DNA of 64,000 nucleotides. Origin: a virus. The translations under genes were made by a program, and so were the position numbers. Positions 8,734-16,673 of this stretch are shown here, piece by piece (within the stretch, counting starts at the first letter, position 1; every line of letters starts with the position of its first letter). The DNA is taken from positions 12,906-76,905 of IMG/VR virus record IMGVR_UViG_3300009550_000010, one strand, 5' to 3'. Below the pieces are notes generated by a model that saw only the letters and a list, made by a program, of their open reading frames with translations, made no database searches and was not told the DNA's origin.

Positions 8734-9128
8734 TTCGAGTCAGGGGTAATTTTTATGGGTGCTTGTTCGATTCTTATTGTCTGTGCTGGTGCTGTCTGTG
8801 ATGCCTTCTCTATAAGAATCTCCATATCTTTCTTACTTATGTTACCACTCGCTGCATTACCATTCTTCTTGTTAGAACCTGCTTGGACACCGAACGTAGC
8901 TAGTACCCCAGTAAAGACCGAAGCTATGAAGGTCGGATCTATTTTCTGTTCCTGTTTGTAACCAGGTATTTCAACATAATTAAGAGTCAATATACTGCCC
9001 GCCCAGATCATTACACCAAGACGAACAAATGTACTTAGTATAACTAACTGTTCCTCCTTATCCTCTGCTGCTTCCTTTATCTTACCAACAATACCTTTCT
9101 TAGGTTCTTTCTTTGCTGAGTCTGTCAT
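8730..9128 (-). CDS. Two-TM membrane protein
   Basis: Hydrophobic segments LSTFVRLGVMIWAGSILTL and FIASVFTGVLATFGV. Confidence 0.75.
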   Translation of the reverse strand: MTDSAKKEPKKGIVGKIKEAAEDKEEQLVILSTFVRLGVMIWAGSILTLNYVEIPGYKQEQKIDPTFIASVFTGVLATFGVQAGSNKKNGNAASGNISKKDMEILIEKASQTAPAQTIRIEQAPIKITPDSK

Positions 9129-9149
9129 AATATAATAACAATGCTGTCT

Positions 9150-9157
9150 TATTTAGT
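9150..9157 (-). promoter_or_regulatory. T4-type late promoter
   Basis: ACTAAATA on minus strand, 21 nt before ATG 9128. Confidence 0.65.
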
Positions 9158-9494
9158 ATAATATTTCTTTCAATACCCACTCATTAGATAGAACAGGTTC
9201 ACCAAACAAATCTACTTGTATGTTATGTGCATCTACTTCAAGATCATCCTTATCCTTACGACAATGTAACCAGTAGTATGTACCATCCTTTCTTATGTAA
9301 AAGTAACTGGTGTTGTGTGAGTCAAGACAAAAGACAGCATATAAGTAAGGGTATTCTCTCTTGCGATTTGGATCTGGTTTACATGATTTACCCATGTTCG
9401 CATACATAGGTGTCTTACCACTACCATGAGGGGTGGGTATGTCTCTCAGGACATGCCAATCATACCCTCCTTTAATCTCGTTGTCTCCAGTCAT
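9153..9494 (-). CDS. Hypothetical protein
   Basis: 113-aa ORF filling the operon. Confidence 0.6.
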   Translation of the reverse strand: MTGDNEIKGGYDWHVLRDIPTPHGSGKTPMYANMGKSCKPDPNRKREYPYLYAVFCLDSHNTSYFYIRKDGTYYWLHCRKDKDDLEVDAHNIQVDLFGEPVLSNEWVLKEILY

Positions 9495-9771
9495 CAGATC
9501 TTTCTTGATGAAACCATTCTACTACATCTTCTGGTTTATAGAAACCCCTACGGTGATTACTTGAATCGGGGTCTCCTATATTCAAGTTATTCAGAAAAGA
9601 CTCGTCAGGATTGGTTGCCATCCTACGAGCCTTGTTTAGTATACCTCTAGCAGAGGTGTTTGCTTTGGCAAGTTTGCTTGCCCACATCATATCTTCTAAA
9701 CTTACCTCAGTTCCAGAGGCAATGTCTTTACAGATTGACTCCAACCTCAGACGATAATTAGATGATAGCAT
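9472..9771 (-). CDS. Conserved cyanophage-type hypothetical protein
   Basis: YRLRLESICKDIASG...DDWRQRD pattern recalled from cyanophages. Confidence 0.7.
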   Translation of the reverse strand: MLSSNYRLRLESICKDIASGTEVSLEDMMWASKLAKANTSARGILNKARRMATNPDESFLNNLNIGDPDSSNHRRGFYKPEDVVEWFHQERSDDWRQRD

Positions 9772-9774
9772 TTA

Positions 9775-10002
9775 TTAGAAACCTAGTGGTAATTCTGGTA
9801 GAGTAGGTACTGCATCTCCTGTCATCTCTGGAATTGCATCTGTAATACCGCCACCTATGGATGGTAAAACTGCTTCCATTACTTGTCCCTTTACCTTCTC
9901 TATCAAGGCATCTTTATTTAGATAAAGGTATCCACCTGTACCTACGATTGCAAGTGTAACTACACCTGATCCGATTGCAATTGCGTTGATAATTTTTTGC
10001 AT
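9775..10002 (-). CDS. Small membrane-anchored protein
   Basis: MQKIINAIAIGSGVVTLAIVGTGGYLYL TM; start set at ATG 10002. Confidence 0.65.
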   Translation of the reverse strand: MQKIINAIAIGSGVVTLAIVGTGGYLYLNKDALIEKVKGQVMEAVLPSIGGGITDAIPEMTGDAVPTLPELPLGF

Positions 10003-10124
10003 AATGATTCTACTAATTGATCTGCACACTCATATATAGCACGATTATTTGCCTCCTTACCACGATATTTTTTGAAGTGTCCCATGACTATTGGCAACAC
10101 TATCTGTCTAATTTCCTGTTCCAT
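9960..10124 (-). CDS. Hypothetical protein
   Basis: MEQEIRQIVLPIVMGHFKKYRGKE...; short ORF between neighbours. Confidence 0.5.
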   Translation of the reverse strand: MEQEIRQIVLPIVMGHFKKYRGKEANNRAIYECADQLVESLCKKLSTQLQSDQV

Positions 10125-10440
10125 TGATAAAGTGTTTGGCATCTACAACTGCCAAGGGTTTCTTACCGTTTTTCTTAATGAATACGATAGGTTCGTGGTC
10201 ACCTGAGTTTGCACATGCTTGTTCATATGCATCCCAGACATTCAACTTCTCTTGGTTCTTACATTCTATACTATATGGAAACTTTTGTCTAGCATCTCGT
10301 GCCATTATTAGGTCTTCACCACCTGCCCCCATACTCCTAGACTCAATGTCTTCGGGATGAATGTTTCTATGTTCAATAAGTTGGTCTCTGACCCATTGTT
10401 GTAACTTTCTGCCTTTTGCTTTGGCAGATTGTGGTTTCAT
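10108..10440 (-). CDS. PD-(D/E)xK nuclease, Holliday-junction-resolvase-like
   Basis: KAKGRKLQQWV, GGEDL, SIECKNQEKL. Confidence 0.7.
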   Translation of the reverse strand: MKPQSAKAKGRKLQQWVRDQLIEHRNIHPEDIESRSMGAGGEDLIMARDARQKFPYSIECKNQEKLNVWDAYEQACANSGDHEPIVFIKKNGKKPLAVVDAKHFINGTGN

Positions 10441-11621
10441 AATTTGAATCCGCTAAATGAATCTTTTTTCATATCTTGTTTGATACCACCTACAACATAA
10501 GATTCAACTTCAGTTTCTTGTGGAGCAACCTGTAGTCCTTTAGATGAGATCCAGTGCTCTGTCCAAGGTAGTGGGTTGTTCTTTATAGGTGCATCGTATA
10601 TAGGGTCTAATCCAATCGCTCTCATTCTCTTATTACATATCCACTCAACATATTTGACGAGTAGTTTGTCATTAAGACCTATCATAGTACCATCTTTGAA
10701 TAGGTAGTGTGCCCACTCTTTCTCTTCTTCTACTGCATTTCTAAACATATTGATCACAGTATCTTTTTCCTCTTCAATAATCTCTAACATCACAGGGTCA
10801 TCACCTTTTTGCCATGCCTTGATCATTTGTTGGGTGAGAACTGTATGTTGGTTCTCGTCTCTTGATATAAGGGATATGATTTTAGCACTCCCCTCCATAA
10901 GTTTGAGTTCACCAAAGGCAAAAGAACAAGCGAAACTAACATAAAAACGAATACCTTCAAGGATGTTGACATTAGATACAGCAAGATAGAGTTTACGTTT
11001 TAATTCTTTCTCTTCCACACAAGCATTAGGACTCTCCCAATCTGGTTTCCACCAGTTACTCTGACCATACTGCTGTGCTGCATTGATAAAGTCATCGTAT
11101 GCTGCAGTCACCGACTTAGCACGAGATATAATTTTCTCATCATCAAGTATGGTATCAAGAACCTCAGTTGGATTTGAATAAACATTCTTGATAATATAAG
11201 TGTAAGATCTACTATGAATCATCTCCATAAACTGCCACACATTCATTGCAGCTTCTAGTTCTGGTAGAGCACAGTAAGGAGCGAATGCCATACCAGGTCC
11301 TCGTCCTTGTACAGAGTCTAAAAGAATCTGATACTTCAGATTACTCGTGAAGATATGCTTCTGCTCTGGTCTGAGTGTCTGGTAATCTGCACGATCTTTC
11401 TGTAGTGACACCTCTTCTGGTCTCCAAAAATACCCAAGCATTTGATTAGTTAACTTATCAAATACAGGATACTTATAAGTATCGTACCTTTGAACTCCTA
11501 AAGGTGCACCAAAAAACATAGGTTGTTTTTTAGTATCGACGTGCTCTTGATTGAACACGGTCATTCCTTTGACATTCATAGGTTTGTTGGGTTTGTTTGC
11601 TCTAAATTGCACAGGATTCAC
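10437..11621 (-). CDS. nrdB: Ribonucleotide reductase class Ia beta subunit
   Basis: FWRPEEV, EMIHSRSY, EGIRFYVSFA, RDENQH, APQETEVESY. Confidence 0.96.
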   Translation of the reverse strand: MNPVQFRANKPNKPMNVKGMTVFNQEHVDTKKQPMFFGAPLGVQRYDTYKYPVFDKLTNQMLGYFWRPEEVSLQKDRADYQTLRPEQKHIFTSNLKYQILLDSVQGRGPGMAFAPYCALPELEAAMNVWQFMEMIHSRSYTYIIKNVYSNPTEVLDTILDDEKIISRAKSVTAAYDDFINAAQQYGQSNWWKPDWESPNACVEEKELKRKLYLAVSNVNILEGIRFYVSFACSFAFGELKLMEGSAKIISLISRDENQHTVLTQQMIKAWQKGDDPVMLEIIEEEKDTVINMFRNAVEEEKEWAHYLFKDGTMIGLNDKLLVKYVEWICNKRMRAIGLDPIYDAPIKNNPLPWTEHWISSKGLQVAPQETEVESYVVGGIKQDMKKDSFSGFKL

Positions 11622-13896
11622 AGGTTTCTTCTTCTTCGTTTGTTATTTGGGACAGTATATCGGATAATGGAGGTGCTTCATCAACGTCATCTGACTTCAT
11701 GTCATGAGTATTTTGATAATAAGATGTCTTCCAACCATACTTGTATGTTGTTAGGAAGTCTTGTGCCATTACAGACACAGGCACCTCATTATCAGGAAAA
11801 TGTTCTGGATTATAAGACCAGTTACCAGATATACCTTGATCAAAGAACTTCTGCATCACAGATACAATATTAATGTATCCACGATTACTCTTCATATCCC
11901 ACAGTAAAGTATATTTATTTTTTAAAGAATTGTAACTAGGAACAATTTGCTTGAGAGGACCTTTCTTAGACTTTTTGATGGATAAAAACCCTCTTGGTGG
12001 TTCAATTCCATTAGTTGCATTACATACAACTGAAGAAGATTCTGATGGCATCTGAGAAGAAAGAGTGCTGTGTCTTAGTCCAAACTCCTTGATATCATTG
12101 CGAAGTGTTTGCCAATCATGAATTAAAGGTTCTGATGTTATCTCATTTACATCTGTCTTGAAGGTATCAATTGGTAGAATTCCCTGAGAATACTTTGTTC
12201 TGTGGAAGTAATCACACTTACCTTTCTCCTTTGCTATCTGATTAGATGATTTGAGGAGATAGTATTGGAAAGATTCTGTAAGTCCATGTACAGCATCCCA
12301 TGCCTCCTGTGAGTCGTAATTATATCCTAACTTGGCAAGGTAATGGGCGAGACCAATGTACCCTATTCCAAGCGATCTACGTGCCTTTGTAGAGATCTCT
12401 GCAGCAGAGACTGGATACTCTTGATAATCAATAAGTTCTTCCAATCCACGGACTGCTAGATCACATAAGTCTTCTAGTTCCTTGTCCGACTGAATCTTAC
12501 CAACATTGATAGCAGATAGTATACACAATGCTATCTCACCACCCTTATCATCTATGTGATTTAATGGCACTGTAGGTAAGGTAATTTCCTGACAGAGGTT
12601 ACTCATGTTCACCTTGTCTAGGAATGAACTGTGACTGTTGCAGTGGTCTATATTCATGATATAGATACGACCTGTCTCTGCTCTCTCCTTGAGTAGGTTT
12701 AGTATGAGTTCTTGAGCAGCAATTGTTTTTCTAGGAATTGTTGTGTCTGCCTCGTACGCTGTATAGAGTCTATCGAACTCTTCGGTTCCAAAGACATCAT
12801 AAAGATTAGGAACATCGTGAGGAGAGAACAGACTGATATCACTACTGGTAATGAATCTTTCATAAAATAATTTACTAATTTGAATACTATAGTCAAGTTT
12901 ACGAACACGATTATCTTCTGTGCCTTTATTGTTCTTTAGAACAAGTATATCTTCTATTTCTTGGTGCCAGATTGGAAAGTGGACAGTTGCTGATCCACCT
13001 CTGATGCCATTTTGTGTGCAGCATCTGACAGTAGCTTCAAACTTTTTAAGGAAAGGGACGACACCTGTGTGTTGAACTTCACCGCCCCTGATTTTACTGT
13101 TGATGCCACGGATTCTACCTGCATTGATGCCAATACCTGCCCTTTGTGCAACATAACGACCAATGGCCATATCAGAACTAAAAATACTATCCAAGGTGTC
13201 GTCAGCATCAACCAGAACGCAAGACGCAAACTGCCGAATAGGTGTTCTGACACCTCCCATGATTGGGGTTGGTATGTTGAGTTTGTGTTTGGAAATGGCA
13301 TCATAGTATCTCTTTACATAATTTAGTCTAGTTTCTTTATCGTACTCAGCAAATATTGTCATACTTATCAACATGTACATTTGCTGTGGTGTTTCATATA
13401 CTTGACCAGTGCTTCTGTCTTGTACAAGATACTTGTCTGCAACTTGCCTTAGACCTGCATATGTAAATATATAATCTCTGCTGTGATCAATGACTCCCTG
13501 TAGTCTATTGATTTCTTCTTCAGTATACTTATCAAATATACTAGAATCATAAACCCCATCATCAACACATTTGTGTATGTGGTCAGAAAGGTGAGGAATG
13601 TCTTCTATAACACCATATAAACTCTTCCTAATAGAGAACAAAAGGAGTCTAGCAGCGACAAACTGGTAGTTTGGGGCATCCAAATCTATAAGATCATTTG
13701 CAGACTTAATAAGTATCTCCTGTATCTCTGCAGTAGAAATACCATCATAGAATTGTATACCTGATTGTATCTCTACCTGACTTGCAGAGACCCCTGCAAG
13801 ACCATCACATGCTTTATCCATCATCACATGCATCTTTTCAAGATCTAAAGGTTCAATAGTTCCCTTTCTCTTTTTTACGGTGATGCCATTACTCAT
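11602..13896 (-). CDS. nrdA: Ribonucleotide reductase class Ia alpha subunit
   Basis: ATP cone, PTPIMGG, QFASCVL, SNLCQE, C-terminal CESCAI; start at ATG 13896 coupled to primase stop. Confidence 0.97.
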   Translation of the reverse strand: MSNGITVKKRKGTIEPLDLEKMHVMMDKACDGLAGVSASQVEIQSGIQFYDGISTAEIQEILIKSANDLIDLDAPNYQFVAARLLLFSIRKSLYGVIEDIPHLSDHIHKCVDDGVYDSSIFDKYTEEEINRLQGVIDHSRDYIFTYAGLRQVADKYLVQDRSTGQVYETPQQMYMLISMTIFAEYDKETRLNYVKRYYDAISKHKLNIPTPIMGGVRTPIRQFASCVLVDADDTLDSIFSSDMAIGRYVAQRAGIGINAGRIRGINSKIRGGEVQHTGVVPFLKKFEATVRCCTQNGIRGGSATVHFPIWHQEIEDILVLKNNKGTEDNRVRKLDYSIQISKLFYERFITSSDISLFSPHDVPNLYDVFGTEEFDRLYTAYEADTTIPRKTIAAQELILNLLKERAETGRIYIMNIDHCNSHSSFLDKVNMSNLCQEITLPTVPLNHIDDKGGEIALCILSAINVGKIQSDKELEDLCDLAVRGLEELIDYQEYPVSAAEISTKARRSLGIGYIGLAHYLAKLGYNYDSQEAWDAVHGLTESFQYYLLKSSNQIAKEKGKCDYFHRTKYSQGILPIDTFKTDVNEITSEPLIHDWQTLRNDIKEFGLRHSTLSSQMPSESSSVVCNATNGIEPPRGFLSIKKSKKGPLKQIVPSYNSLKNKYTLLWDMKSNRGYINIVSVMQKFFDQGISGNWSYNPEHFPDNEVPVSVMAQDFLTTYKYGWKTSYYQNTHDMKSDDVDEAPPLSDILSQITNEEEETCESCAI

Positions 13897-14867
13897 ATTT
13901 TTTTCCAAGATTGTAGTTTTAGTTTTGCTTCTAAACCAGAATACGTATTTGATTCTAGCAGGGTTTTTATATTCTGTCCACCAAGAAACATATCGTTGAT
14001 ATCTTTCTCAACAATGTTTTGTGGCCATAGAACTACCTTGTCTCCGTTGTCAATGACTCTGGAGACTCGATTGATGTTCTCTCTGTTACGTGGTTCGTTA
14101 TCAAAAACCCAAATATAATTGCTCCAACCAAGCGACCTAATATCAACATCGGAGCCACACATAGCAACCGAGTTTTCCACGAGTGTGGAATCGAACGGTC
14201 CTTCAACGATGTAGATTGGTTCTTCTTCATTAATTGTATCAAGACCATACAGTTTAGGCGATTCTTCTGATAGCATTATAGTGAGATATTTAGGTTTCTG
14301 AGAAGGGTCTAAAGACCTCCCCTGCAACCCAATCAAAGTTTTATTTTTGTCATACATTGGTATGACTATACGAGGGTGATCTACCTTTGTATTTTCAAAT
14401 GTTGGTTTGAGAGTATTGCAAAAGTGTTTGAATTTGTCTGCATAATAAAACTTTTCTGGATCTAGTCCTCTCTCCCTCAAGTATACCTTTGACTCTGAAT
14501 CTTCAGTTGCTAGTGGTAGATTTATTTTCTTCTTGAATACAGGTTTCTTGAATGTAAAAGTAGGTTCTTCAGTGAATCTACCCTTACCTGTCAGTCCACT
14601 CTTATATCTCTCCATGGTGTACTGACCATGTAGAGTTGGGTCTATCTCCTTTAGGAAAGTAGAGAAACCCTTTGATGCACCACAGTTATGGCACTTAAAA
14701 ATAAAATCCCCTTTCTTCTGAAAGAGGTATCCTCGTGCTTTATTCTTATGTTTCTTAGAATCTCCACAGAAAGGACATCTAAAGTTGTATAGATTATCCT
14801 TAGTTCTTTTGAACTTACCTAAACGAGCAGACACCAACCCAATGTATTTGGAATCGATGTGTAGCAT
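13893..14867 (-). CDS. gp61: DNA primase (T4 gp61-like)
   Basis: Zn ribbon CPFCGDS..CHNC; TOPRIM VEGPFDS and FDNEPRN. Confidence 0.95.
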   Translation of the reverse strand: MLHIDSKYIGLVSARLGKFKRTKDNLYNFRCPFCGDSKKHKNKARGYLFQKKGDFIFKCHNCGASKGFSTFLKEIDPTLHGQYTMERYKSGLTGKGRFTEEPTFTFKKPVFKKKINLPLATEDSESKVYLRERGLDPEKFYYADKFKHFCNTLKPTFENTKVDHPRIVIPMYDKNKTLIGLQGRSLDPSQKPKYLTIMLSEESPKLYGLDTINEEEPIYIVEGPFDSTLVENSVAMCGSDVDIRSLGWSNYIWVFDNEPRNRENINRVSRVIDNGDKVVLWPQNIVEKDINDMFLGGQNIKTLLESNTYSGLEAKLKLQSWKKI

Positions 14868-15269
14868 TCATACGTTTATATCTGTACTGACTATAGCAGA
14901 CTGTGCTGTATTTGTAAACGCTCCTCTCATGAATCTTTGTCCGATTGGACTAACCATGAAAGATATAATAGCAAGACTACCAAAAATAGACCACATTTTC
15001 TTTTCCATGAGTCTAAGACGGTCATCAACCAATTTAATATCCCTCTCACACCCCTTCTTAATTTCTGTGCTTTGTCTATTAACTTCTCTATGTAATGACT
15101 CGATTTTTTCAAATAAAACTGCATCGATCCTGTCCTGTTTGTCTAATTTCTCATTATGAACTGACAAAAGGTTACCCATCTTTACAGAATTATCCTGTAA
15201 AGACTCAACTATTTTCTCTAGTCTCTCCAGCAGTGCTGTGTTGACATTATTATTATTATTGTCCACCAC
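14868..15269 (-). CDS. Coiled-coil protein with C-terminal TM
   Basis: Heptad-like N-terminal region, then WSIFGSLAIISFMVS; late promoter upstream. Confidence 0.7.
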   Translation of the reverse strand: MVDNNNNNVNTALLERLEKIVESLQDNSVKMGNLLSVHNEKLDKQDRIDAVLFEKIESLHREVNRQSTEIKKGCERDIKLVDDRLRLMEKKMWSIFGSLAIISFMVSPIGQRFMRGAFTNTAQSAIVSTDINV

Positions 15270-15289
15270 TAGGTCTTTATACTACCAAT

Positions 15290-15478
15290 CTATTTATTAG
15301 GCATCCATGTTTTACGGGATCTAGGACCTAAGTATGCATATTTTTTCTTCTTTTTCTTCCTTACAATAGGGTCATCTCCTAACTCAGTAGCAGGTTTTAT
15401 ATTACCACTAGAAATATTATTCGTAGGCATGTCCTCACGAATTATATTCATTATTCTATTGAATTTGGACTCGTCCAT
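15290..15478 (-). CDS. Small basic protein
   Basis: MDESKFNRIMNIIRE|DMPTNN...RKKKKKK; TAATG coupling at 15478. Confidence 0.6.
   Translation of the reverse strand: MDESKFNRIMNIIREDMPTNNISSGNIKPATELGDDPIVRKKKKKKYAYLGPRSRKTWMPNK
15291..15298 (-). promoter_or_regulatory. T4-type late promoter
   Basis: AATAAATA upstream of ATG 15269. Confidence 0.6.
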
Positions 15479-15849
15479 TAGATTGCATTTAGAATAGCAT
15501 TGCAATTTTTATCAATATCAATAGAATCTAAACCTGATTTTGGATAATCTGGTATTCGATTTAGAAATATTAAAAATGTTTTGAGTATACACCAGTATTC
15601 TTTCTCTATCTTGTAGAAAAGAAGAGGTATAGTGCCTTCACCAAATATATTGAAACATATAATAAGGTGGTTTAGGATGAGATGATGCTTCAACTCCCCT
15701 GAAACCACATACTTCTTCAACAGTCTCTTGATATATTTGAATCTTTTTAGATCTTCCTCAAAGTCTTCCATTGTGGCAGCGTGAGGATTTTCATAATACT
15801 TAATAGCAAAGAGGAGATGGTTCTCCTCGTTCAATTCATCAAATTTCAT
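15478..15849 (-). CDS. Conserved T4-like hypothetical protein
   Basis: FDELNEENHLLFAIKYYENP...FEEDLKRFKYIKRLL...LILNHLII pattern. Confidence 0.8.
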   Translation of the reverse strand: MKFDELNEENHLLFAIKYYENPHAATMEDFEEDLKRFKYIKRLLKKYVVSGELKHHLILNHLIICFNIFGEGTIPLLFYKIEKEYWCILKTFLIFLNRIPDYPKSGLDSIDIDKNCNAILNAI

Positions 15850-15856
15850 TTACATA

Positions 15857-16426
15857 TTATGCTGTTACGGTAATTGTGCCAGCAGCAGTACCAATAGAAG
15901 CAGCGTTTGTGATAGTAGACGCTGTGTTAGTGCCCTTATCCTTCACTGTTCCACCGTTCAATGCCATAGCGTTTGCTCCAATTGATAGTACGTCATCAGC
16001 ATCAGTTGCAGCGTTACCAGCAGCGATTGTGAGTGAGAATACCAATTCGTTTGAACCTGTTCCTGATGCATATGACAATGTATGATTGGCATTTGTATCG
16101 TTGACCACTGTAAGTTGTGGTGTACCTGTTACATCAACTGCTTCGTTGAATCTTGCTCTTACCTGAATAGTTCCACCATCTGACTTGTCAAATGCTGTGG
16201 TGATGAACTCAAGTTCAGTGATGTCAGCAGCACCAAGTGATACTGCTAGTCCACTGATAGCTACTAAGAGTTCAGGATCTGCGTCGGCATTATCGTTACC
16301 TGATAGTGCAGAACCTGCTTCTCTTACCCAACCACTACCGTTTGCAAAGACTTCTTTCTTCTCAGCAGTTGTTAAATTTTTAGGCTTTGATTCATCAGCG
16401 TCTGATGCTCCCCATAGTGGTGCCAT
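15857..16426 (-). CDS. Virion structural protein with adhesin-like Ig domain
   Basis: FNEAVDVTGTPQLTV..YASGTGSNELVF..LNGGTVKD; late promoter upstream. Confidence 0.7.
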   Translation of the reverse strand: MAPLWGASDADESKPKNLTTAEKKEVFANGSGWVREAGSALSGNDNADADPELLVAISGLAVSLGAADITELEFITTAFDKSDGGTIQVRARFNEAVDVTGTPQLTVVNDTNANHTLSYASGTGSNELVFSLTIAAGNAATDADDVLSIGANAMALNGGTVKDKGTNTASTITNAASIGTAAGTITVTA

Positions 16427-16454
16427 TTGTTTTTCTTCCCTTACGTGATAGTTT

Positions 16455-16462
16455 TATTTATT
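16455..16462 (-). promoter_or_regulatory. T4-type late promoter
   Basis: AATAAATA upstream of ATG 16426. Confidence 0.65.
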
Positions 16463-16643
16463 CTAGTAGTGCTTTCTCCAAAGCTTCTACTAACTGGTCA
16501 TCTACTTTGTTGCCTGATTTGGCAGCAGCTTTCTTTAAAAGTCCGATGAGAAACTCTTTCAGTTTTGTTTCTAGATCCTCTGGGATCTTATCTACCGCTT
16601 TGTTGATGACATTAATAGCGATAGGTAGTAAAAATTTAGTCAT
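16458..16643 (-). CDS. Small helical hypothetical protein
   Basis: 61-aa ORF, KVDDQLVEALEKALL. Confidence 0.65.
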   Translation of the reverse strand: MTKFLLPIAINVINKAVDKIPEDLETKLKEFLIGLLKKAAAKSGNKVDDQLVEALEKALLE

Positions 16644-16673
16644 AATAATACCGTGTGGTGTATTATATATGCG

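Noticed and set aside
15247-15260. (TTA)n trinucleotide repeat
   Set aside because: Encodes a short poly-Asn run; too short to suggest contingency variation
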